From Macrostomum hystrix (Eukaryota; Animalia; Platyhelminthes), in contig CATNEN010000003.1 of NCBI GenBank assembly GCA_950097015.1, positions 7,812,001 through 7,876,000 of the forward strand: a DNA stretch of 64,000 bases, in the 5' to 3' direction. Made by a program: the position numbers and the translations under genes. Under the pieces are notes generated by a model, which was not told the origin of the DNA, searched no databases, and worked only from the letters and a program-made list of their open reading frames with translations. Every line of letters begins with the position of its first letter. Position 1 is the first letter of the stretch. This document shows positions 38,601 to 50,600 of the stretch, piece by piece.

Positions 38601-41600
38601 GTAGACCGCCTGACTTAGGGCAGCAAGAGAACTCAGTTTGGGGAAGGCTGTAAGACAGCGAGACGAGCCGTGGCATTACCGGGCTGCCTAGAACCATGTT
38701 TCCAAGGATGACTGGAGATCCGATTTACGAAGCAAGTACCGGCGTTCCATTAGGACTGGTGCACATGTCTCAAGGTGACGTCGTGGGTGCGTCTAACTCC
38801 GAGGTTGGCGAGCGAGTCCAACGGGAGACCGCTATGCAAGTGGTCTGTGGTCGAAATCGAGGATTCATAGTTAGCCTTTGCCTACAGCGCAAATCTGGCA
38901 TGTACAAGAGAACAGAGGTCATCAACCACTATGCTGCGCTGGCACTACACTACAGTATCGGAGAAGGACCGACAGAGAATCGCTCAATCGTATCTCCGAG
39001 GTGAAGACTGGAGGCTCCTTGCGAGACAATTGCAGATTAAACCAAGAACCGCCAGGTCCATCATTGAGGTATTTGAAAGAGACGGAAGAGATCATAGTCT
39101 GGCCAAGGGTGGCAATCGAAAGAAACATCTGAATGAGGAAATGACGGAGCACCTGATAACAATAGTTGAACAAAATCCCACCTGCACTCTGCAAATGATG
39201 CGCGGTGGTCTTTCAGTGCGGTGGCCTGCATTGGAGACCATTGGCCTGAAGACTATCAGTCGTGCACTGGACAAGCAGCTAATTACGTTAAAAAAGCTTC
39301 GTACTGTCACGGACGATTGGAATTCGAACATCACCAAAGAAGCTCGCTTCCAGCATGCCAGTTGGATGCTAAACGAAGGCAACGGACAGCACTGCATCTT
39401 TCTGGATGAGTTTGGCTTCAATGTATGGACCGCCAGAACGCAAGGCTGGGCAAGGATGGGCGAGCCCGCCGTGCACATTGTTGCTGGCCAGAGGGGGCAG
39501 AATTTGACCCTGTGCCTCGCCATTTCGCCAGACCTTGGGCTGGTCCATTACCAGCTTGCCGAAGGTGGATTCACAAATGCAGTTTCAGGGAATGCTGATG
39601 GAAATAGACCAACTGGTGGACAGCGCATTTGTTCTCCTTTGCGATCTAATGCCCGAGCGCATGCGAATGTCCCTGGATTGCGAGATGACCATCAAGTACG
39701 ACATCTTCCACCGTACTCGCCTTTCCTGAATTCAGCTGAGGCCGCTGGCAGTTGTCTGAAAGCAGCAGTGAAGCAGCGCCTCGCGCAGCCTGACATTCAG
39801 CAGCAGATGGGAGACCGCGCCGCGGCAGCACAGCAAGGAGTTACCCTTCACAGGAGACGGATGACTCTGCTGCAATAGGAAGTGTTGGGATGCATCGACG
39901 TGCTGAATCTGGACAAGTGTCACCAATGGTGTCACCATGTCATGGTGTACTATCAGCGGTGCCTCGAATATGCCGATATCTTCCAGTGACGTACGCCAAG
40001 TACGACAAAGCTAACTTCATAGTTTTCATGACCCGCATGACCCGAAACGTGGTTATTTGTTCATTCTTTGTTACTTTGTTTCATTTTTTACATAGGTTGA
40101 TGACCTCTGTTTTCTTGTACATGCCAGATTTGCGCTGTAAGCAAAGGCTAACTATGAATCCTTGATTTCGACCACAGACAACAGAATGAAACAACTCCAA
40201 TCGATTTCCCCGGAGAGTATGCTTAAAACACATTGAATTGAGGGAAATCAATTGGACTTAAGGGAATTCATTTGGACTTATGTATGGTCTAGAAGGCTGG
40301 TTGGGCCCTCGCTTTCGACTTCAGCTAATGGGGAAATCAATTGGCTTTTTTGCAAAATCAATTGACAATATGTATATTAATAGATAACAGCTTTTCGAGT
40401 AAGTACGCAATTATAGCCTATGTTACTGTTGTCTCTGTCGTTGAGTTTTTTGTACCGTTAGTTGCAACAGTTATTGAGTAGTTGGGATACGAGTGCATGT
40501 TGTCTGCGTTTTTTAGTGCGACTGTGAACCGGAAAACAGTATTTGGTCTGGAGAACTAAATATCCCTGCTTGTATATTGAAGCGCGCATCGTTTTGTAAG
40601 TAGCCGTATGCTTTAACCATACTTGAAAATGTTACATAATTGTGGTTGTACTTTGTCTGTGCCTCGAGCTAAATAAATAGATTGTAGACTTTTTTCGTGT
40701 CTGTAAAGTCAATTGCGTTTGACTCTTAAGCCACTTAGAGGTACAGTATTTTGTTAAAGAATTTTAAGCAATTTAAATCCACAGTAATTAGGCGAATAAA
40801 TACGGATATCACAATACTCGTATATAGCTGTGTCATCACTTAAGCACTGATCGCTATCAATTATACTCGTAGAATACTGGCTTCAAATAGGAATAGAGTT
40901 GTCACTTTTATTTCCGAGCCAAAAGACTAATGACACCAGCGCGGGAAATATAGGAGTGAAATTTCTGAAACAGCTTTTAACCATTTGAAAATATAAAATA
41001 GAAACAACTATTTAGATCTAAGCATACCATAATAAGTCACAAACTTCTAAACAAATGTTATACTTCTATTCATTCAGATTGCAATAGGCGTTTGCCGAAA
41101 AATGTTTCAACGCAACTGTTTATGAAGCGAATTATCCTTGCACAAATTTCCCATCAACTATGACAAATTAGAAATGTTGAGTTTAGTGCGGTCTCTCTAG
41201 TTTACTCACTCGTTCTGTGCTACGCACGCTTTGCAATTGCAGATAGCAGGCATTAGTGCCGGATGTAGAAAGCTAGTCACCTAATAATTTCCCCTCTCTC
41301 CATATCCCAACAAACTTAAGCAACAACTTTAAAACTACAAGCGCAAAACATCATGGCACATTTTTATCCCAACCAAGAGGACCTACAGACAAGAATGTTA
41401 AAGACGCAATCGCCGCCAAGCGTGACTGAGATAGTTCGCGACAGTATGCGCAAGTCGTCAATACGCGGCCTGCCGAGAATTCTAGGAGCGAAATCGCGCC
41501 TAATGCGGTGCGTATGGACCGGCACAGTGCTAGTATTGTTCGCCTGCTTAACACAGAACATACACAATCTGGTTGATTCTTACCAGAGAGCCGATACTAT

Positions 41601-44600
41601 TATCAATACGAAACAGTGGACATCGCAGGATAGACAATTTCCAACTGTGACTATTTGCAATCTGAATCCGTTTCTAGCTTCCAAGAGACTAATGAACGAG
41701 AGAGGAAGCTTGACCCCGGCCGAATATCGCGATCGCATAATTCACATGACGCAGGAGGCCAATAGACAGGGCCTCATTGACAAGGAGGAGATGGATCTCT
41801 ATCGGGACGAACTGCTGAAACTCAAGGCGTACTATGATAATATAGACGTGTATTTGAAAAACTACATGGGTAAGTGTATGACGCCGGTTCTGTCATAGGC
41901 CTACGAGTATTTAAAGCAAAGAGTCGCAACATAAAGTGTTCTCTTTAATTTTTACAGAGAGCTACCCGTTGATCCTATCCAAAAGCTGCAAGATTTATTA
42001 TCGCAAGGGTAGCGTGCGCAAGAGTCGAAAATGCGACAGCATCGAACGAAGCTACGTGTTCGATTACATTAACTGTTATTCAGTGAATGTTTACAGCACT
42101 AGCGACGAACTAGTTGAAAAAGTGGTTATTAGTACTCTGACTCATTCTGAGGACGACGGCGTCAAATGCAGCCGATGCATTGTCGACAATCCGCAGTCAC
42201 TTAGACAGGGAGTTATAATGCATCTGCATCCAAGAGATCAATATCCGCTGTACATTCAAGAGGGTTTGTACATAGCGCCCGGAACTCAGAATATTATTCA
42301 GGTGAAACAGCGCAAGTACAACCTAATCAAAGGTAAGATTTAGTCTGCTTCAATAGTATGAGACAGATAATCAAACTACATATGTTTGCATCACTGACTC
42401 CTTAATTGGATTTGCATACAACTTATCCGATTAAAAAAAATAAACTAGTTATAGAAAACATTTTTAGACTGCAGCACGGACCACCCCACCTGGATGCATT
42501 TCTACGTTAACAGCGTACAAAAAAGCAGTCACTATACTCAGGAATTATGCTCCACCATAGCCAAACACGCAGCAGTAAAGCGCGCCTGCAATTGCTCAAT
42601 TGAAGCATTTCCACACGTGACCGTTCAGGGAAGCAGATTCGGGTCCTGCTATAAACAGAATCTCAGTGCGCCAGTTGTCAACACTGTTATGCTAGACTGT
42701 GTTGCGGACATTGAAGGCCGGCATCATCAAAGACGAGGCGATTCATCATTAGTAACAGATCCAGAGGCGACAGCCGCAATTAGCTGTCCGAGGCCGTGTA
42801 ATACAGAGGATTTCAGTGTGGCGCACACGTCAACTCTGGGCGCTACTAAGGGTAGCGCGTTGGATATTTATCGGCACTATGTTAGAGGCGTAGTCAACAT
42901 TCCAGAAAGGTTTGTGAGCGTTTTTATTTAACTTTGATTTTGTAAATTAGTTATTTTTTTTGCAAATTTATTCTTTTGAATTTTCTCTACAGATATCGAA
43001 GCATCTACGATAAAGCTTTGCTAGCTAGGGAGGCTGATAATGACACTCTAGCAATGCAGCTAGTGTCGCAAACTGATTACTTGGAACGAAACTTTGCCAC
43101 AATGGTACTGCTGCACATTCCTAATCATGCCAAGGTTTACACAGAAAGCTACCTATTAGATTCTGCATCATTTGTCAGCCAAGTCGGCGGTGCAATGGCA
43201 TTATTTAGCGGTATAACACTAATCTGCGTAGCCGAAGTATTCGAAGTGTTGCACGATCTATTGGCCTACGCTTATTGGCGATACAAATGCGGACGCGGTG
43301 GAACTACAAACACTACAACTACAACAGCTACTACTCCAAGTAGCAGCGGAGCAGCGGCAAGATCTGTAGCTAGTAGCAGCGTTAGAATCGGCAGCGGACA
43401 TCCGATAGTTTGTAACAGCCGACTATTGCATTATCAACAGCAACATAAAGTCCCAGTTCAATCTAAACAGATAGACGACTTGTAGCAATCCTGGGCGTCA
43501 GTCTTAGTAGCTACCGTTTTTTCTTATAATTGTTATTATTTCTCTGGCCTTAGATAAATACGTACATCACTATAATTCTTTTTTGTCGATAAACTAAGTT
43601 ACGCGTATTTTAGGTTAAAGTATTGTTTAAATTGTCATCATTATTAATAAACGTGGCTAACATAGCTAAGACTGGCACAAATGAATTATACAGACTAGTC
43701 AGAAAATTGCCCAGCCGCTTTGTTTTGTTTTATCGGCTTATTTGTATAAAAATATCGTGTATATAGTACCATATAACTAATTGTTCGCACTGACTTTGAT
43801 ATCTTATAATACGTCAAGAAAAAATGGTTTAAATAGATTTTTTATATTTAATTACTTGTACATTGCTAAATTTAATAGCCCCAATAAACCTATAGTTAAT
43901 AACCCTATTATCTTGTCAATAAACCCAGTCCTCTCGCGAATAACCGTACAGTCTTGTTCTTGATAAACCCACAGTCCTCTCATATCCCCAAAGACGTCTC
44001 GTTAATATCCACACAGTTCTTTCGTTAATATCCCCACAGTCCTCTCGTTAATATTCCTCACAGACATCTCGTTAACATCCACACAGTCCTTTCGTTAATA
44101 TTCCTCACAGACATCTCGTTAACATCCACACAGTCCTTTCGTTAATATCCCCACAGTCCTCTCGTTGATATTCCTCACAGAATCTCGTTAATATTCCTCA
44201 CAGAATCTCGTTAATATTCCTCACAGACATCTCGTTAATATCCCTCACAGACATCTCGTTAATATCCCTCACAGACATCTCGTTAATATCCCTCACAGAC
44301 ATCTCGTTAATATTCCTCACAGAATCTCGTTAATATTCCTCACAGAATCTCGTTAATATTCCTCACAGACATCTCGTTAATATCCCCACAGTCCTCTCGT
44401 TGATATTCCTCACAGACATCTCGTTAATATTCCTCACAGACATCTCGTTAATATCCCCACAGTCCTCTCGTTGATATTCCTCACAGACATCTCGTTAATA
44501 TTCCTCACAGACATCTCGTTAATATCCCCACAGTCCTCTCGTTGATATTCCTCACAGACGTCTCGTTGATATTCCTCACAGACATCTCGTTAATATTCCT

Positions 44601-47600
44601 CACAGACATCTCGTTAATATCCCCACAGTCCTCTCGTTGATATTCCTCACAGACATCTCGTTAATATCCCTCACAGACATCTCGTTAATATCCCTCACAG
44701 ACATCTCGTTAATATCCCTCACAGACATCTCGTTAATATCCCTCACAGACATCTCGTTAATATCCCTCACAGACATCTCGTTAATATTCCTCACAGAATC
44801 TCGTTAATATTCCTCACAGAATCTCGTTAATATTCCTCACAGAATCTCGTTAATATTCCTCACAGACATCTCGTTAATATCCCTCACAGACATCTCGTTA
44901 ATATCCCTCACAGACATCTCGTTAATATCCCTCACAGACATCTCGTTAATATTCCTCACAGAATCTCGTTAATATTCCTCACAGAATCTCGTTAATATTC
45001 CTCACAGAATCTCGTTAATATCCCTCACAGACATCTCGTTAATATCCCTCACAGACATCTCGTTAATATCCCTCACAGACATCTCGTTAATATCCCTCAC
45101 AGACATCTCGTTAATATCCCTCACAGACATCTCGTTAATATTCCTCACAGAATCTCGTTAATATTCCTCACAGAATCTCGTTAATATCCCTCACAGACAT
45201 CTCGTTAATATTCCTCACAGAATCTCGTTAATATCCCTCACAGAATCTCGATAATATCCTCACGGACATCTCGATAATATCCACACAGACATCTCGCTAA
45301 TAAACAAGAGTTCTATTGCCAAAGATTCATATTTCCAGTTTAGAATAATGCAGTTTCAGACTAAACAGACTCACCCAACGAATTCGGTAAAGACCGTGTC
45401 ACCAACGGCGCCGTCAACGCATTCAGCGTCGCTGTGACTTTCTTCCTCTTCGAATAAGCGAACACCAGAGGTGCTGGCATTAGTGGCTGCGGCAGGGGCA
45501 CTTGTCGTTTCAGTCGCAGCAGTTGACGAAGAGCTGCCCAAGCGACTGGTGCGCCTACGCTGCTGCTGGTGTTGCTGCTGACGGCTAGGCGTAGAGTTTG
45601 AAGCCGGTGACGACGCGATAGACTCCTGCGAAATGGATCGACGCGTCAAAGGCCTGCTAGACAAGGAAGGTGACTGAATGAACGAATCAGTCTGAACTGG
45701 TTCGCATTTGATCTTGGCTTTGCTCGGACTCTCAGTGTGGAAGTCGGGCAGTTGCCAACGATGCAGCCCAGTTTCGGAATCATAATCCGATTTAGTTTCA
45801 GCGGCGATGGCGGCATTAAACAGGCTCTGAGCGCGAGATTGCAGACGATTAGCCGCTCGACAATAGATGCTGTCTTTGCGATTGAATGCGTGACAATTCG
45901 CTAGCATCAGGTCGAAGTCTGAGCGCAGATCGGCAACGCTGGCGTATAGATTGGATTCGATTTTAGTTAGCATTGTGGTGAAATCCATCGGTTGCTTGAT
46001 GGCCTCCTTGTAGGCTGGCAGTTCGACTGGTTCAGCGAAAATTCGCTGCGTGTCCAAATCGCTGAGAGCCGTATGCAGCTGAAATATTATATCAGATAGT
46101 ACTAGTACTAGTAGGAGTGATTCTCACCACTGGAGACTTTAATATTAAAAGGTGAGTCGCACAACTAAAGAATTGAATCTCAAAATAGAAATAGAATGCC
46201 GAATCTTATTGGGTTGATTCTTAGGGCTAGACAGCGGAATCTCATAGCGTGATTCTCAGGACTAGACAGCGGAATCTCATAGCGTGATTCTCAGGACTAG
46301 ACAGCGGAATCTCACAGGGTGATTCTCAGGACTAGACAGTGAAATCTCACAGGGTGATTCTCAGGACTAGACAGCGGAATCTCAGCGTGATTCACAGGAC
46401 TAGACAGTGAAATCTCACAGGGTGTTTCTCAGGACTAGACAGCGGAATCTCATAGCGTGATTCACAGGACTAGACAGTGAAATCTCACAGCGTGATTCTC
46501 AGGACTAGACAGCGGAATCTCATAGCGTGATTCTCAGGACTAGACAGCGGAATCTCATAGCGTGATTCTCAAGACTAGACAGCGGAATCTCACAGGGTGA
46601 TTCTCAGGACTAGACAGCGGAATCTCATAGCGTGATTCTCAGGACTAGACAGTTAAATCTCATAGCGTGATTCTCAGGAGTCATGAGACTCTCAGATAGC
46701 GGAATCTCACGGGGTGACTCTCAGGACCGGAGCACGTGAAATCTAAAAGGACAATTCTTAAAAAACGAGTGCCATCTTAACTACTGACCTGTTTGAGAAG
46801 TGCAATCCTGGGCGCCAGTGTGACCTCAGCAATCGCAGACCTAGCTCGCACTAGTTCTCGTTTGAGTCTCTCGCGTTTCCTAACTAATTCGGCTAGCAGT
46901 CTCGCTTTCTCAAGGTCCTGCCTGAGTCGCTGCCAGAATTTCAATTGTTTGCAGAGCTGCTGCAATTCGCGATCGTTGGCTACGAAATCTCGCGCCCTGC
47001 AAGCCTGCAGTCTTTTCAGCAGCGGCACACCGGACCTTGCCTGCCGTTTCAGGCGCCAATAGTTGTACAGTCGGCGAAGGAACTCGTCACGATCTGGCAG
47101 GTCGGGTAAGAGTGCTCCGATGGCAGCCAGGCGATCCTTGGCAATGACCGGCACGGAGACACCGGGTGCGGAATTGCGCCTCTCGGCTAGAATCTTGCGA
47201 GCTCGACGCATCTTTTGACGCTTCACTTTCTCAGGGCTGGCTTGCTGCTGCTGCTGCTGCTGCTGCTGTTGCTGCACAAATATAGTTTCTTAGAATTAGC
47301 TAAATTGTCAAATTGCTTTCTTTCTCAAAGCTTGGCCATGTCTATGAGATTGATAAATATCTAGGAGGTTTGTCATTTAATTTGTTTATTATCTTGTCTA
47401 GTTTGGTCATTTCGAGATATTTTGTCATTTTCTATGAAATTTGACATTTTCCAGTCAGTTTGTCATTTTCTATGTAGTCAGTCATTTACTAGGTAGTTTG
47501 TCATTTTATGGGTACTTTGTTATCTTCCAATGGTATGTCATTTTTAACGTTTATTCTTTTCTAGGTAGCTTGTCATTTTCTAGGTAGCTTGTCATTTTCT

Positions 47601-50600
47601 AGGTAACTTGTCATTTTCTAGGTAGTTTGTCATTTTCTAGGTAGCTTGTCATTTTCTAGGTAGTTTGTTATTTTCTAGGTAGCTTGTCATTTTCTAGGTA
47701 GCTTTTCATTTTTCTAGGTAGCTTGTCATTTTCTAGGTAGCTTGTCATTTTTCTAGGTAGCTTGTCATTTTCTAGGTAGCTTGTCATTTTCTAGGTAGCT
47801 TTTCATTTTCTAGGTAGCTTGTCATTTTTCTAGGTAGCTTGTCATTTTCTAGGTAGCTTGTCACTTTCTTTAAAAGCTTGTCATTTTCTAGGTAGCTTGT
47901 CATTTTCTAGGTAGCTTGTCATTTTCTAGGTAGCCTGTCATTTTCTAGGTAGCTTGTCATTTTCTAGGTAGTTTGTTATTTTCTAGGTAGCCTGTCATTT
48001 TCTAGGTAGCTTTTCATTTTTCTAGGTAGCTTGTCATTTTCTAGGTAGCTTGTCATTTTTCTAGGTAGCTTGTCATTTTCTAGGTAGCTTGTCATTTTCA
48101 AGGTAGCTTTTCATTTTCTAGGTAGCTTGTCATTTTTCTAGGTAGCTTGTCATTTTCTAGGTAGCTTGTCACTTTCTTTAAAAGCTTGTCATTTTCTAGG
48201 TAGCTTGTCATTTTCTAGGTAGCTTGTCATTTTCTAGGTAGCTTGTCATTTTTCTAGGTAGCTTGTCATTTTCTAGGTAGCTTGTCATTTTCTAGGTAGC
48301 TTGTCATTTTCTAGGTAGCTTGTCATTTTCTAGGTAGCCTGTCATTTTCTAGGTAGCTTGTCATTTTCTAGGTAGTTTGTTATTTTCTAGGTAGCCTGTC
48401 ATTTTCTAGGTAGCTTTTCATTTTTCTAGGTAGCTTGTCATTTTCTAGGTAGCTTGTCATTTTCTTTGGTAGCTTGTCATTTTCTAGGTAGCTTGTCATT
48501 TTCTTTGGTAGCTTGTCATTTTCTAGGTAGCTTGTCATTTTCTAGGTAGCTTGTCATTTTCTAGGTAGCGAGGTAGCCTGGTTTTTTTCTATACAGTTTG
48601 TCATTTACTAGGCAGTTTGTTTTTTTAGGTTGTTTTTAACTTCTAGGGAATTCGTCCTTTTAATATTAATAATATTATATAAATAAATTAATACTTGTAG
48701 TTAATTAATTAACTATTATTAATTATTAGTATTATAATCGTTTCTAGACATTGTAGTTTCTTGAAAATTTGTAAATACTAGATGGTCTATCTTTTTTAGG
48801 TCAATGGTTTTTTTATCGCCCTACATGAGTACAGTATCAGTGTGTGAGCTCACACATCCCTACTGCAAATATCAACTATTATTAGGAGTCTGTTTGCCAG
48901 TCCGTAGGTCGCTAACCTTGTGCTGCTGCTTATTAACAGATTTTTGCCCATGCGGCAGCTGCTCGTCATCGTCCGTAGTCCCAGCGTACATAGCCGACGC
49001 TGTGCCAGGCTTGGGCTCCGACGGACTGTGAGCATCGCACAGGGCTGTCTTGCGAATACCGTCGGCAGCGGTGCCGTCGCGAACGCCTTCGATCCGCATG
49101 TACAATCCGGCTTGTAGTGCGCAGGTAACATGGAAAGCTGTGTAACAATTGGTCTTGTGGCATTGTATGCACGCGCCCACATTGCGCTGCTTGCAGATGT
49201 AACAGGCTAGCTTCCATCGAGCGGCTGGAATCTTTTCGATGTTGTCCACCGGTTCGAGGAATACCTGCGGAAATGGGGGAGAATTCGTTTTAGAGTTTTG
49301 GGACGCTAATCATTAGTTGCACTGTTCAATCAATAATCAATAATTTATAGATTATCATACATCCAAAGATTATCGCACCCGATTATCCCAACCTCGTCAT
49401 CGATAATCCTAACTTTTCTACTGATTATCCTAATTTATCCATCAAACATCACAGAATTTCTATCGATTATCACACCTCATCAATCTATAAAACCTATAAA
49501 TCGATTATCAAACCGTATCAGTTGATTATCAAACCGTATCAGTTAATTATCAAACCGCATCAGTTGATTATCAAACCGTATCAGTTGATTATCAAACCGC
49601 ATCAGTTGATTATCAAACCTTATCATTTGATTATCAAACCGTATCATTTGATTATAAAACCGTATCAGTTGATTATCAAACCGCATCAGTTGATTATCAA
49701 ACCGTATCAGTTGATTATCAAACCGTATCAGTTGATTATCAAACCGTATCATTTGATTATCAAACTGCATCAGTTGATTATCAAACCTTATCATTTGATT
49801 ATCAAACCGCATCAGTTGATTATCAAACCTTATCATTTGATTATCAAACCGCATCAGTTGATTATCAAACCGTATCAGTTGATTATCAAACCGTATCAGT
49901 TGATTATCAAACCGTATCATTTGATTATAAAACCGTATCATTTGATTATCAAACCGCATCAGTTGATTATCAAACCGTATCATCTGATTATCAAACCGCA
50001 TCAGTTGATTATCAAACCTTATCATTTGATTATCAAACCGCATCAGTTGATTATCAAACCGTATCATTTGATTATCAAACCGTATCAGTTGATTATCAAA
50101 CCGTATCATTTGATTATCAAACCGCATCAGTTGATTATCAAACCGTATCATTTGATTATCAAACCGTATCAGTTGATTATCAAACCGTATCATTTGATTA
50201 TCAAACCGTATCAGTTGATTATCAAACCGTATCATTTGATTATCAAACCGTATCAGTTGATTATCAAACCGCATCAGTTGATTATCAAACCGTATCAGTT
50301 GATTATCAAACCGTATCAGTTGATTATCAAACCGTATCATTTGATTATCAAACTGCATCAGTTGATTATCAAACCGTATCATTTGATTATCAATCCGCAT
50401 CAGTTGATTATCAAACCTTATCAGTTGATTATCAAACCGTATCATTTGATTATCAAACCGTATCAGTTGATTATCAAACCGTATCAGTTGATTATCAAAA
50501 CTTATCATTCGATAATCAAACCTTATCAGTTAATTATCAGAGATTATTTCTCGATTATCTAACTTTATCAGCCGATTATCAGACCATACAAAACCGAATA

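Larger units (their letters stand above)
36606..40374 (+). mobile_element. IS630/Tc1-mariner-superfamily DNA transposon (element A), TA-flanked, with long TIRs
   Basis: 36608-36749 is the reverse complement of 40231-40372; a second IR pair 38843-38927 / 40095-40179 brackets the transposase. Confidence 0.88.

Noticed and set aside
37022-39878. Bacterial IS630 contamination or recent horizontal transfer
   Set aside because: Elements are decayed, TA-flanked, nested and embedded in a spliceosomal intron; IS630-like transposases are known in eukaryotes
49522-50562. 346-aa and 321-aa heptad-repeat ORFs
   Set aside because: 21-bp intronic minisatellite lying between two validated BRPF exons
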